Counted from the stretch's first letter, positions 27,191 to 37,063 are shown. The stretch: DNA of 64,000 nt from an uncultured Lachnospiraceae bacterium (GCA_947588005.1 CANPYE010000002.1:3733-67732); one strand, 5' to 3'. The notes: a model not told the origin generated them from the letters alone. A program made the numbers and translations.

Positions 27191-29353
27191 TTACTTCGCC
27201 GCCTTCTTCTCCTTAGCCGCCTTCGCCGCTTTCATTTCCTTCGTCTTATGGGTCAGAACCAGCCACAGAGCGCCGGTGACGCAGACGGACGAATACGTAC
27301 CGCAGACGATACCCGCCATCAGCGGCAGCGCGAACTCACGGATGGAGCTGACGCCCAGGATGAACAGCACGAACACCATGATAAACGTAGTCAGCGAGGT
27401 GTAGATGCTTCTGGTAAATGTCTGCGTGATACTTACATTCACCAGCTCATCCAGGCTCTGCTTCGACGTCTTCGTCTGCAGGTGCTCGCGGATCCGGTCG
27501 AAGATCACGATGGTCGCGTTGATGGAGTAACCGACGATGGTCAGCATGCAGGCGATAAATGTGGAACCCACGGACCACCGCGCCACCGCATAGAAGGTCA
27601 GCACCACCATTACGTCATGCACCAGGGCCGCCACCGCGCTGGTCGCGAAATTGATATCCTTAAACCGGAACCAGATATAGAGAAGCATCAGGATCGTCGC
27701 CACGATCACGGCCACAATCGCGTCCTGCTTCATCTCGTCGCTGATCGCGCCGGAAATATTCTCCGTGGTAATGGTCTCATTGTCCACGCCGAACTGCTCC
27801 ACCAGCGCGTCGGCCATCGCCTGTCTCTGCTCCACGGTCAGGGTCTGGGTCCGGAAAATAACCTCCGTCGTTCCGGCAACCTTCTGCTGCTGCACGTCAG
27901 TCACGCCGGTCGCCTCGCGGATCACCGGGATCACCTGGCTGTCGATCTCCTCAAGCGTCATATCCGTCGTAAACGGCACATTCGTCGAAGTACCGCCCTT
28001 GAAATCCATGCCCCAGTTGAGGGCGCCGCGTCCGGTCACCGCCCCGCCAGCCATAAAGACCCAGCCCAGCAGGATCGCCGCGATGGAAATTGTAAAGAAT
28101 ATTTTTTTCTTTCCGACAAAATCCGTCGGCGCCTTGTCCTTCTTCACGCCGTACAGCTTCACATTCTGCAGGCCCAGATCATACAGGGCGTACAGAGCCG
28201 TTCTGGTCACGAACAGCGCCGTGAACATGGACAGAAGAATACCGATCGCCAGCGTCGTGGCAAAGCCCTTCACCGTACCGGAACCACGCAGATACAGCAC
28301 TGCCGCCGCGATCAGCGTCGTCACATTGCCGTCTACGATCGCCGACAGCGCCTTGCCGAAACCGGTCTTGATCGCGGAACGCACCGTCTTGCCCACGCCG
28401 ATTTCTTCCATGATACGCGTGAAAATGATCACGTTGGCGTCCACGGCCATACCGATGGAAAGGATGATACCGGCGATGCCGGGCAGCGTCAGCGTCACTT
28501 CAAACGCGGACAGCAGGATCATTTCCAGACCGGCGTAAAGAGCCAGAGCGATAACAGAAGCCACGCCGGGCACCCGGTACACCACGATCATGAAGACCGC
28601 AATGATAATAAATCCGATCAGCGCCGCCATAAGGCTTGTGCGGATCGCGTCCTGCCCCAGCCTTGCGCCGACTACCTGAGACCGCAGCTCCTCCAGCTCC
28701 AGAGACAGAGAACCGATGCGGATCGTGGAAGCCAGGTTCTGCGCCGCCTCATAATTCTCCATACCCTCGATATAGCACTCGCCGCCGGTGATCGCCGTCT
28801 GCACGGTCGGCGCCGAAACAACCTGATCGTCGTAAATGATATAAATGGGTTCGCCGATATGCGCCGAAGTCGCGTCCGCAAACGCCTGCGTCCCTTCTTC
28901 ATTAAAACCAAGGCTGACGATATAATTGTCAAGTCCCGTGGTCTGATCCTTCATGATGCCGGCCTCGGCACGGACCACCTGGTCGCCGGTCAGGATCACA
29001 TTGCCGTCCGGATCCAGGAAGCTTAAGGAACCGGGCTTGCCAAGTTCTTCCAGAATCGTATTGGCATCCGATACGCCGGGGATGTCGATATTGATCCGGT
29101 TATTGCCCTCCTGGTACACCTGCGCCTCGGTGCTGTAGTTCTGCACCCTCTGCTGCAGCTTGTAAATGGTGTCGGACATATCCGTGTCGGACGGATTGTC
29201 GATGACGGTCCGGTAGGTGATGCTCACGCCGCCAGCCAGATCCAGGCCCAGCTTGATGTCGTCCGCCGTGTCATAGCCGAACCAGCCGAATACGGCCACA
29301 CAGGCCAGCACGGCGATCAGGCACAGCAGACCTTTTCCTTTTCCACTTTTCAT
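27191..29353 (-). CDS. secDF: Fused protein translocase subunit SecDF
   Basis: LGLDL.GG, GMAVDANV, G.DF.GG and GYSIN.TIV.FDRIRE. Confidence 0.96.
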   Translation of the reverse strand: MKSGKGKGLLCLIAVLACVAVFGWFGYDTADDIKLGLDLAGGVSITYRTVIDNPSDTDMSDTIYKLQQRVQNYSTEAQVYQEGNNRINIDIPGVSDANTILEELGKPGSLSFLDPDGNVILTGDQVVRAEAGIMKDQTTGLDNYIVSLGFNEEGTQAFADATSAHIGEPIYIIYDDQVVSAPTVQTAITGGECYIEGMENYEAAQNLASTIRIGSLSLELEELRSQVVGARLGQDAIRTSLMAALIGFIIIAVFMIVVYRVPGVASVIALALYAGLEMILLSAFEVTLTLPGIAGIILSIGMAVDANVIIFTRIMEEIGVGKTVRSAIKTGFGKALSAIVDGNVTTLIAAAVLYLRGSGTVKGFATTLAIGILLSMFTALFVTRTALYALYDLGLQNVKLYGVKKDKAPTDFVGKKKIFFTISIAAILLGWVFMAGGAVTGRGALNWGMDFKGGTSTNVPFTTDMTLEEIDSQVIPVIREATGVTDVQQQKVAGTTEVIFRTQTLTVEQRQAMADALVEQFGVDNETITTENISGAISDEMKQDAIVAVIVATILMLLYIWFRFKDINFATSAVAALVHDVMVVLTFYAVARWSVGSTFIACMLTIVGYSINATIVIFDRIREHLQTKTSKQSLDELVNVSITQTFTRSIYTSLTTFIMVFVLFILGVSSIREFALPLMAGIVCGTYSSVCVTGALWLVLTHKTKEMKAAKAAKEKKAAK

Positions 29354-29519
29354 TGCTTTTATCTCCTTTGCTACTATAATGCACTTGTTCTGTTCCGGGT
29401 TCCGCCGGATCCGGGTCGGCGCGCTTCTTGCCGCTGCGGTCGGTTTCTGCGGACTCACGCGCGCCCTCTGTTGCCGCGCCCTGGCTTCTGCGGTCCCTCG
29501 CCGGCGCGCGCCGTGCCTT

Positions 29520-31004
29520 CTATGCCTCGTCCTCCGCCAGCGCCGCCTTGATCATGATCGCGCATTCGATCCGCTTCTTCTGCATCTCGCAGCCGATCTC
29601 GTACGCGCCCGTGATCGAACCATCGTAGTTCCAGGCGTTAGCTGCGCAGCCGCCGCTGCAGTAGAACCGCGCGAAGCAGTCCCGGCATTTATCCTTAGCG
29701 TAGACGTTCACCAGCTTGAACTCGTCACGAAGCTCCGTATTCGTGATGCCCTCGTCCACATTTCCCAGAAGGAACTGCTCCTGGCCCACGAACTGATGGC
29801 AGGGATACAGATCCCCCCACGGCGTCACCGCCAGATACTCCGTCCCTGAACCGCACCCCGAAAGCCGCTTGGCCACGCAGGGACCCTGGTTCAGATCGAT
29901 CATGAAATGGAAGAAATTGAACCCGCGTCCCTCTTTCTTCCTCTTAATATACTCAACTGCCAGCCGGTCATACTCGGCCAGTATCTGCGGCAGGTCCTCC
30001 TTGCGGATCGCGTAAGGCTCATCCGGCGAAGCCACCACCGGCTCCACCGACATCTGCTTAAAGCCCAGATCCGCGAAATGCAGCACATCGCTCGCAAAAT
30101 CCAGATTATACCTGGTAAATGTCCCGCGCACATAATAATTCATCTGCCCGCGGCTCTCCGCAAACTTCTGAAACTTCGGGACAATGATGTCGTAGCTGCC
30201 CGCGCCCTTCCGGAACGGCCGCATCCGGTCGTTGACTTCCTTACGTCCGTCCAGGCTCAGGACCACATTCGACATCTCCCGGTTGCAGAACTCCATGATC
30301 TCGTCATTCAAGAGGACGCCGTTGGTCGTCAGCGTGAAGCGGAACTGCTTGTCATGCTCCGCCTCCTGGGACCGGCCGTACTCCACCAGCCGCTTCACTA
30401 CGTCCCAGTTCATCAGCGGCTCGCCGCCGAAGAAATCTACCTCCAGGTGCTTCCGGTTCCCCGAATTTGCAATCAGGAAATCCAGCGCCTTCTTCCCCAC
30501 CTCAAAGCTCATCAGCGCCCGCCGGCCGTGGTATTCGCCTTCCTCGGCGAAGCAGTAGCGGCAGGCCAAGTTGCAGTCGTGGGCGATATGCAGACACAGC
30601 GCCTTCACGACCGTCTTGCGCTTCTTAAAATCGATCACATAGTCATGGTAAATGTCCTTCGTGAACAGCTGCTCGGCGTCGATCAGCTCCTGAATATCGC
30701 TCATCGCGTCCGCGATATCCTGCGCGCTGCAGCCGTATTTCTCCGCCAGCTGCTTCTCGACGCGCGTACGGAGTTCCGCCGGGATCCGGGTAAGTCCGGC
30801 GGCGTCCGATTCCGGAACCTGCTCTCCCGGCTCAGGCGTTCTTCCGGCCGTTTCTGCTTCTTTCCCGATTTTCTTCTCCGTCTCCGGCATCTCCGCCGCC
30901 AGCAGCGCCACCGCGTCGTAGACCACATCGTCCACCACATGGACTGCGCCGCTGTTGACGTCCATGACAATGTTATATCCGTTATTCCTGTATTGATGAA
31001 TCAC
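29520..31004 (-). CDS. scfB: SCIFF (ranthipeptide) radical SAM maturase, GTG start
   Basis: HDCNLACRYCF, DFFGGEP, and SPASM cysteines (GCG.G.EY, YPCHQF, C..C.....C.GGC). Confidence 0.95.
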   Translation of the reverse strand: MIHQYRNNGYNIVMDVNSGAVHVVDDVVYDAVALLAAEMPETEKKIGKEAETAGRTPEPGEQVPESDAAGLTRIPAELRTRVEKQLAEKYGCSAQDIADAMSDIQELIDAEQLFTKDIYHDYVIDFKKRKTVVKALCLHIAHDCNLACRYCFAEEGEYHGRRALMSFEVGKKALDFLIANSGNRKHLEVDFFGGEPLMNWDVVKRLVEYGRSQEAEHDKQFRFTLTTNGVLLNDEIMEFCNREMSNVVLSLDGRKEVNDRMRPFRKGAGSYDIIVPKFQKFAESRGQMNYYVRGTFTRYNLDFASDVLHFADLGFKQMSVEPVVASPDEPYAIRKEDLPQILAEYDRLAVEYIKRKKEGRGFNFFHFMIDLNQGPCVAKRLSGCGSGTEYLAVTPWGDLYPCHQFVGQEQFLLGNVDEGITNTELRDEFKLVNVYAKDKCRDCFARFYCSGGCAANAWNYDGSITGAYEIGCEMQKKRIECAIMIKAALAEDEA

Positions 31005-31110
31005 TCGATGTCTCCTCACATGACCGGCGCCTCCGCCTGCGCCTGCACGGAATGATCCGCACACAACTGGCGCTGGCCGCCCGTCATATTTGCACAATAA
31101 CAAACGAAAT

Positions 31111-31140
31111 ACCCCTACAATCATAAGGACCGTAGGGGGT
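31111..31140 (-). terminator. Stem-loop between scfA and scfB
   Basis: CCCCTAC...GTAGGGG with a U-rich tail on the minus strand. Confidence 0.5.
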
Positions 31141-31242
31141 TCCTCGCTCACTGCATATTCATTTGATAAGTGCCGCCGTGTGCGCGCGTCCGTTTGGACT
31201 CAGCCCTTATTTCCGCACATCGACGCGCACACGACCGCCTTA

Positions 31243-31389
31243 CTATCGATTCGCGTTCTCACAGCTCTGATTGCCAACCGTGCAGGATGTCTTGCACGCG
31301 GACTGGCAGGATGTCTGGCACTCGCCGCAGCCACCCTTCTTCATGCTCTCCTTCAAAGTGTTTCCGCTTAACGTCTTAACCTTCTTCAT
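31243..31389 (-). CDS. scfA: SCIFF precursor peptide (48 aa; absent from the ORF track)
   Basis: MKKVKTLSGNTLKESMKKGGCGECQTSCQSACKTSCTVGNQSCENANR; AGGAGG RBS. Confidence 0.97.
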   Translation of the reverse strand: MKKVKTLSGNTLKESMKKGGCGECQTSCQSACKTSCTVGNQSCENANR

Positions 31390-31416
31390 GTCGTATCCTC
31401 CTTCCAAAGCATCCCT

Positions 31417-31445
31417 AGTATATCATAAGAACTCAATTGTTGCAA
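31417..31445 (-). promoter_or_regulatory. Sigma-A promoter of scfA
   Basis: TTGCAA-17-TATACT with extended TG. Confidence 0.65.
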
Positions 31446-31516
31446 GGTCTTCTTGTACTATTTTCGCATATCCGCTAATATACTGAACCAACAAACCACC
31501 CAAAAGGAGACCTCCT

Positions 31517-31876
31517 ATGGACATCTCCGCACCCAAAGTATTTCTCCGTTCCCTTCTTTTTTCCTACCTGCTGTCCGCCATCCTGCTGATTGCCGTTTCC
31601 TTCGGCCTCTATAAACTGCGCCTCCAGGAGAGCCATGTGCATTTAGCCGTCAATATCGTCTATATTCTCTCCTGCGCCCTGGCCGGCTTCCTCGCAGGCA
31701 AAGGCATGCGCCGCGGCCGCTTCTTCTGCGGCGCCATCGCAGGCCTTCTGTATTTCGCCGTCCTTCTGGCCGTGTCCGTCCTTTTAAATAAAGGGCTGAC
31801 CGCAACACCGCTGGAACTGGCCGCCGCCGCAGGCTTCTGCACCGGCAGCGGAATCATCGGCGGCGTACTCAGCTAG
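31517..31876 (+). CDS. TIGR04086/YrzE-like membrane protein
   Basis: Four TM helices, GF.AG...RF..G..AG..Y; divergent from scfA; sigma-E-like CTA-16-AATATACT at 31458-31484. Confidence 0.8.
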   Translation: MDISAPKVFLRSLLFSYLLSAILLIAVSFGLYKLRLQESHVHLAVNIVYILSCALAGFLAGKGMRRGRFFCGAIAGLLYFAVLLAVSVLLNKGLTATPLELAAAAGFCTGSGIIGGVLS

Positions 31877-31977
31877 GCAAATGTGCTCTGGGGATGCGGC
31901 AGCTGGCGGGCTTCCGCCCCGGCAGCGAAACCATCGGCGGCGCGCTCAGCCAGGCAAATGTGCTCTGGGTACGCGGC
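31832..31977. repeat. 77-bp-period tandem duplication spanning the stop codon of the TIGR04086 gene
   Basis: GGCTTC.GC.CCGGCAGCG..A.CATCGGCGGCG..CTCAGC.AGGCAAATGTGCTCTGGG at 31832 and 31909. Confidence 0.85.
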
Positions 31978-31997
31978 GTCAAAGCGCCGGAAAGGCA

Positions 31998-32035
31998 AAA
32001 AAACGCCGGGAGCAGCATTACCGCCTCCGGCGTCA
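31998..32035 (-). terminator. Terminator between the wzz-like and TIGR04086 genes
   Basis: ACGCCGG..CCGGCGT hairpin with A7 on the plus side. Confidence 0.6.
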
Positions 32036-32075
32036 TTTCTATATTCCTATACAATTCTATCTTGCACATCAGCAA

Positions 32076-33449
32076 TTACTCAAATACCACACAGCCCACG
32101 ACGTTCTTCTGCAAATCTTTCGCTTTCTCAATCTCCAGCGCCACATCGCTGTATGCCGAACTGCCGCACTGTTCCACCAACACTACGCCGTCGCACTCCG
32201 GCAGCTGCCTGAGCGACTGCTCGTCACGCAGCACATTGCCTCCGGCCATCACCTTCACGCCGGCCAGCCGGCTTTCCAATCCGCTCACGACCTGCGAAAG
32301 CAGCTTCGGATCCGCCGTTCCGAGCACCATAAGCGACTTCACATCCCCGGCGTAATTGGAAATATTCGCCGCGATCAGACCGTACTCCGCGGAAGTATCC
32401 GTATTGCCTGCCCGTCCCTCCAGCTTCCGCAGCCGCGCATCCACAGCAGAGAGCTTCTTCGCCGAAGCCGGAAGCTTGCCAAGGATCTTCACACGGTAAC
32501 GATTCTTCAGTTCCTTCGCCGAATACAGCTTATCGCTCATCAGGAAGATCACGCATACCACGAATACCACCAGGAACGCGCCCAGAACACATCCCAGAAC
32601 CGCGTATTTAATGCCATTCTTGACGGCCGTCATCGTGGATGTAGACGGCTTCTCCGGTTCCTCCAGAGCGTCCAGCTCATCCTGCTTCTTCTCAAGGCTG
32701 TCATTCAGGGTAGTCAGACGGTCGCTCTGCGCCTTCTGCGTATCCTGAAGGTTCAGATCCACCTTCGAACCAACGCTGGAACTGACCTGGCTTACCGTAT
32801 GATTGCCAATGCTTGTCCGAATCTGATCCTTCTTGCTATCCACGCCGTCCAGCATGGCATCCATGATCTTCTCAGCGGTACTCTCCGTCTCACCCTTCGC
32901 TTCAATCGTCAGAAGATTCCCGGATACCGCGACCGAAACCAGCTCCTCCAGATAGCGCTCATCCATGCCAACGCTATCCGCCACGGTCTTAAGGAATTCC
33001 AGATTCGTAAGCGCAGTCCGATACGACGCCAGAATTGTATCCGTAAAATTCAGATTCTGATACACCATATCCGGCATGATCTGATAGTCTGTCTTAATAA
33101 AGAGAACCGTCTGCGCCACCCACACATCGTAGGGACTCATATTCATAAGCGCTGACTTCTCCAGATAATCCTGCTGATCCTCAATACTTTTCGTCAGGTT
33201 CTCGATCTCGCGCTCGCAATTAGCCTTGTTCTTCTCATACAGCTCCAAAGCCGCGTCGTAATCCTTCTGCGCCTTCTCCACCGTCGCGGCGTCATTCTGG
33301 CTCCGATAGGAGCTCACCGCACGGTATCCGCCCAGCACAACCGCCAGCACGACCGCAACCAGTATAATCGGCCGCCACTTATAAAGCACGGCGAACATCA
33401 GGTCTTTCAGATCGATTTCCTGTTCATATGTATTATTTGGCTCCATCAT
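32076..33449 (-). CDS. Wzz/CpsC-like polysaccharide chain-length determinant
   Basis: EQEIDLKDL...WR, two TM segments around a coiled coil, and a degenerate kinase-like C-terminus. Confidence 0.8.
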   Translation of the reverse strand: MMEPNNTYEQEIDLKDLMFAVLYKWRPIILVAVVLAVVLGGYRAVSSYRSQNDAATVEKAQKDYDAALELYEKNKANCEREIENLTKSIEDQQDYLEKSALMNMSPYDVWVAQTVLFIKTDYQIMPDMVYQNLNFTDTILASYRTALTNLEFLKTVADSVGMDERYLEELVSVAVSGNLLTIEAKGETESTAEKIMDAMLDGVDSKKDQIRTSIGNHTVSQVSSSVGSKVDLNLQDTQKAQSDRLTTLNDSLEKKQDELDALEEPEKPSTSTMTAVKNGIKYAVLGCVLGAFLVVFVVCVIFLMSDKLYSAKELKNRYRVKILGKLPASAKKLSAVDARLRKLEGRAGNTDTSAEYGLIAANISNYAGDVKSLMVLGTADPKLLSQVVSGLESRLAGVKVMAGGNVLRDEQSLRQLPECDGVVLVEQCGSSAYSDVALEIEKAKDLQKNVVGCVVFE

Positions 33450-33755
33450 GTATCTCCTTAAATTGTATTCATCATCCTTTATCCTATCATAGAATTAAAT
33501 ATAAGGCAAGACAGACCTGAAAGAAATTTCTTCTATTTTTGACAAACATTCTTTCCTGTAGGTCAGTATATCGCCCCAAGGCGTGGTAAATATAGGATAG
33601 ACTGTTAGCTATAGAAAGACTGAGGTTTTGATTGAAAAGAGAGCCATCGGGGTGCTTGGACAGGATATACCAATCCATAGTATCTTAAACCATATAACAG
33701 CAGACCTTGGAGATGGTCTATAACCACTACTACATTACAATACGAGGAATGGCAT

Positions 33756-33995
33756 ATGAGGATACAGGAAGCGACTATACTGAGAATACAACAGCTGCGC
33801 AAGCAGAAACACATGTCCGTGTACACCTTGATCTACCAGAGCGGCATGCCATCTTCTACAGTAAAAAGCATCCTGCGCGGAAAAAGCCAGAACCCCGGCA
33901 TCGTGAACATCAAGTGCCTCATCGAGGGGCTTGGCGTCAGCATCAGGGAATTTTACGATTCTGACATTTTTGATGATTTGGAATCGGAAGACTGA
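33756..33995 (+). CDS. XRE-family HTH regulator
   Basis: RI.QL......Y.L...SG.P.ST...I..GKS.NP.I..IK....GL..S..EF. Confidence 0.85.
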   Translation: MRIQEATILRIQQLRKQKHMSVYTLIYQSGMPSSTVKSILRGKSQNPGIVNIKCLIEGLGVSIREFYDSDIFDDLESED

Positions 33996-34015
33996 GTGCG
34001 GGGGAAATGTTTATT

Positions 34016-34111
34016 GGCAAATCCAGAAAGCGTGTCGCTGGCACGCTTTTTGCATGTTGACGTAATATAAGCAGGATGGTATCGGCGCCCTGTTTGCGTA
34101 GAAATACAAAA
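34016..34111. repeat. Two degenerate units of the 39-bp hairpin family
   Basis: AAAGCGTG-TCGCTGG-CACGCTTTTTGCATG and AAGCAGG..GGTATCGGCGCCCTGTTTGCGTAGAAATACAAAA. Confidence 0.6.
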
Positions 34112-34159
34112 CCTAGGCGCTTGCCGTTCCCTAATGAGAAATGGTGATGGCCTTGGTTC

Positions 34160-34293
34160 AAGAGGAACTGTTCCAGAAGCTCTATGATGAGATCAGTGAA
34201 AATATCGTCCCAGTCAGGCCAGACCGACACTATCACAGGACAAAGGGCCAGCTAGCCAGCAACTATTCAAACACGCATAAACGATGTTATTGA
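34160..34293 (+). pseudogene. C-terminal remnant of an IS4-like transposase
   Basis: EELFQKLYDEISENIVPVRPDRHYHRTKGQLASNYSNTHKRCY-stop; P.RP.R is typical of IS4-family C-termini (recognised from memory). Confidence 0.55.
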
Positions 34294-34317
34294 GTGAGGT
34301 AAGGTATTACTATGCTC

Positions 34318-35136
34318 TCAAAGGTAGCGTAAATTAGTTTGTGTCTTTGGTAAAAAATGGCTCCTTTTTTCCCTAGTTTCACGCGGAATATGATTTCTGA
34401 TCTCCGCGAACTCCGGTTTTGTCCGATACAGATAATCGGCTATGACCTGCATCAGTTCAAAGTCATTTTCATGGTCAAGGTCAAGGACAGCGGTATCATA
34501 CATCTCGATTATCTCATAGTATCCACCAGTAAACCCGCCGCCTGATTGCAAACACGCCGGCTTATATGCGTAAAGAGAGGCATTCATATCATAAATAGCG
34601 GGTGCCTGTTGACGGGATGTAAATTCCGATGTAATCACCTTATGGGCGCCTTCTTTTTCCGTATATACGACCTGATTAAAATACGGATTTCTTCTTGCGG
34701 TTGTGACTGAATAGGTGATATCAGCTCCCGTCTTGAAATGCCTGTCCACCAGGTGTGCCAAGTCTTCCACCGTTCTGAGTGGTGACGTGATATCCAAGTC
34801 CACCGCTGCATCATACTGATCGTTTTTTCTTTTCTCCATCTGAAGGATGCAGTCCAGAATAACATCCTTCTTTCCAATCACATCGCCGCTAAGTTCCGGG
34901 CTTCTTTTAATCAGGTTAACTTTCATAAAAGGATTTCTATCCATAAGCTGCAGCAGCTCGTCGCTGTCCGAATTGATAACGACATCCCAGTCAATCCCCT
35001 GACCATATTTCTTTATATACAAATCAATGGCAGACAGCGAATAATAGGCTAACGGCCTGCCGCAGAACAGTCTGAGATTTTTATTCTTAATTCCTTTCGA
35101 ACCAGCCCGGCCGCATATGGTAAACAGGATCCTCAT
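34318..35136 (-). CDS. neuA: CMP-nonulosonic acid synthetase (NeuA/LegF-like)
   Basis: CGRAGSKGIKNKN, R..EL..D, D.TSPLR, NASLY and DLD...DF. Confidence 0.9.
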   Translation of the reverse strand: MRILFTICGRAGSKGIKNKNLRLFCGRPLAYYSLSAIDLYIKKYGQGIDWDVVINSDSDELLQLMDRNPFMKVNLIKRSPELSGDVIGKKDVILDCILQMEKRKNDQYDAAVDLDITSPLRTVEDLAHLVDRHFKTGADITYSVTTARRNPYFNQVVYTEKEGAHKVITSEFTSRQQAPAIYDMNASLYAYKPACLQSGGGFTGGYYEIIEMYDTAVLDLDHENDFELMQVIADYLYRTKPEFAEIRNHIPRETREKRSHFLPKTQTNLRYL

Positions 35137-36062
35137 TCCAAATACCCCCTCGTTATCTTAAGCGTCTGACATGCCTGCGGGATCGGATTATTGTTCTTTT
35201 CCTTTCCCTCAATAATACGGAAAAAGTTCTGCAGTTCTTTCTTCTGCATGGAATCCCGCTCCTCATGCAGATCGACGGTAACCCCAGACTTCCGGTAAGT
35301 GATTGTCTGACCGATCAGATCCGCCTCAATTGTATCCTCTTTCCCAAACAATTCTATCTTCCGCTCCGTATACCGTCCGAAATAGTCCAAATGCAGTTCC
35401 ACTGTCTTATCCTTGTATTCTGCGATATAAACCGCAAGATCATCGCTGTCAATCTCAAGATCTGATTTTTTCGTTATAAGGCAATTTACCCGATCCGGCG
35501 CGCCTATAAGTTCGCAGATATAGTCCCACTCATGGATCAGATCGATAGACACCCCGCCGCCCAGTTCCTTTTTAGCGCTGTATGTCTCCCGGTAGTCCAT
35601 CCCCGGTCTCCATTCCGGCAGATAACTGGACGAAATGCAGCGGATACTATAAATCCGCGAAAAATCCACCGTACGCTTCAGGTACTGGATCACATTGGAA
35701 TAACGCAGCGGACACGCCACATAATATACGCTGTCACCTCTCAGCTGCAGGGCCTTCCAGTCCTCCCGGCCCGTCTCAAACACTGGTTTCTCAATAAAAA
35801 AATGCCTTCCATTACCATGTACCCTCTGCAGGGTCTGATAATGCAGGCGTGTCGGGTTCGTAATAAATATAACATCATAATCCTTCGGCAGACTGTCGAA
35901 ATCATGGTATGTATCCCGTATAGTTTTTTCCAGCGCCGCTTCTATATTGCCTCCGTTTCCCGAACGCAGCACATCAATCTCTATTTCGTCACCATACAGT
36001 TCTTTTAGGTTCCTGATATGACGCTTGGCAATCGAACCGACTCCGATAAAGCACACTTTCAT
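35133..36062 (-). CDS. Gfo/Idh/MocA oxidoreductase
   Basis: G.GSI.KRH, FIEKP, SYLP.WRP..DYR..YSA....GGGV..DL.HE.DY. Confidence 0.88.
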   Translation of the reverse strand: MKVCFIGVGSIAKRHIRNLKELYGDEIEIDVLRSGNGGNIEAALEKTIRDTYHDFDSLPKDYDVIFITNPTRLHYQTLQRVHGNGRHFFIEKPVFETGREDWKALQLRGDSVYYVACPLRYSNVIQYLKRTVDFSRIYSIRCISSSYLPEWRPGMDYRETYSAKKELGGGVSIDLIHEWDYICELIGAPDRVNCLITKKSDLEIDSDDLAVYIAEYKDKTVELHLDYFGRYTERKIELFGKEDTIEADLIGQTITYRKSGVTVDLHEERDSMQKKELQNFFRIIEGKEKNNNPIPQACQTLKITRGYLE

Positions 36063-37063
36063 CCCACAGTCCCTCCCGCCTCAATACTGTCGATCAGCTG
36101 GAGCACCTTTTCATCATCCTCATACCCATACACATCTTCATTCCTGTGTCCGGAAAGGATATCCAAAAATGTTTCGATCTCCTTCCTGTACGCATTCTCA
36201 ATGGCGAAGGCCTGGTAATGGTCCATATGCTCTGCCTGCTCATACAGATGAATGGGAAGCATTTTCTTCTGCTCCCCATCATAGGCGAATAGCCCGGACG
36301 GCGTCCCATCCCAGCGGATATGCAGCCCGTCCCCATAGATCTCCAGGTATCTTATCGCAGCAGGACTTACAACATCCACTGCCAGGATCCCCCTTATCCC
36401 GCTTTCATGCTCCACCTTCAGCAGATAGTTGTCATCATAATCAATCGCCAGCCCGCTCATTCTGTCCGACAGAACGTCAAATGATTTCACCGATCCAAAC
36501 GTCTGCGTCATCCACGGCAGCTCAATCGCAAATATTTCCCTACAGCCATTGGATCGCTTCTCATTCACAAAGAAGTCCTTGTAGTTCTCCCACGGGTGCC
36601 AGTCCGGCAGGTACTGTCCCACATGATAAATATAGTCCAAACGTCCCGAATGCGCTGAAACTTTCTCTCTTATGTAAGCAACCTCTCTACGGTACAGCGG
36701 GGTAGATGATAAAAACAGAGTCAATCCCCTTTCCTTTGCCAGACGAATATTTTCTTCATAGCCATCAGAAACAAGATTGATTTCCGTAAACACATGCCAC
36801 CCATTCAGGAGACATTGACGGATAATCCCGCCGTGGGAAAGCGGGGAAGTACAGACGAATGCCGCGTTGATATCCGGATGCTCATCCACAGCCTGTTGTA
36901 TCGAGGCGACCGTCTGGATTCCAAGTACACTCTCTGCTTCCAGGCGGCGTTCTTCTCTGGTATCCATCCCGATGATTTCCAGTCCGTCTATTAAAGAAAG
37001 CTGTTTCAACAGACGGATTCTCCTTTTTCCCATTGAACCCAGCCCGATCACAAGTGCCTTCAT
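36059..37063 (-). CDS. Second Gfo/Idh/MocA oxidoreductase
   Basis: GLGSMGKRR and GQYLPDWHPWE. Confidence 0.82.
   Translation of the reverse strand: MKALVIGLGSMGKRRIRLLKQLSLIDGLEIIGMDTREERRLEAESVLGIQTVASIQQAVDEHPDINAAFVCTSPLSHGGIIRQCLLNGWHVFTEINLVSDGYEENIRLAKERGLTLFLSSTPLYRREVAYIREKVSAHSGRLDYIYHVGQYLPDWHPWENYKDFFVNEKRSNGCREIFAIELPWMTQTFGSVKSFDVLSDRMSGLAIDYDDNYLLKVEHESGIRGILAVDVVSPAAIRYLEIYGDGLHIRWDGTPSGLFAYDGEQKKMLPIHLYEQAEHMDHYQAFAIENAYRKEIETFLDILSGHRNEDVYGYEDDEKVLQLIDSIEAGGTVG

Noticed and set aside
27128-29026. Long antisense ORFs (also 13494-14858, 40812-42455, 57580-58875, 61805-63328 and others)
   Set aside because: They are shadows of well-supported opposite-strand genes in GC-rich codon usage and have no recognisable motifs.
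33487-33826. Small ORFs between wzz and the XRE gene
   Set aside because: They have no RBS or family motif and overlap the XRE gene and a probable promoter region.
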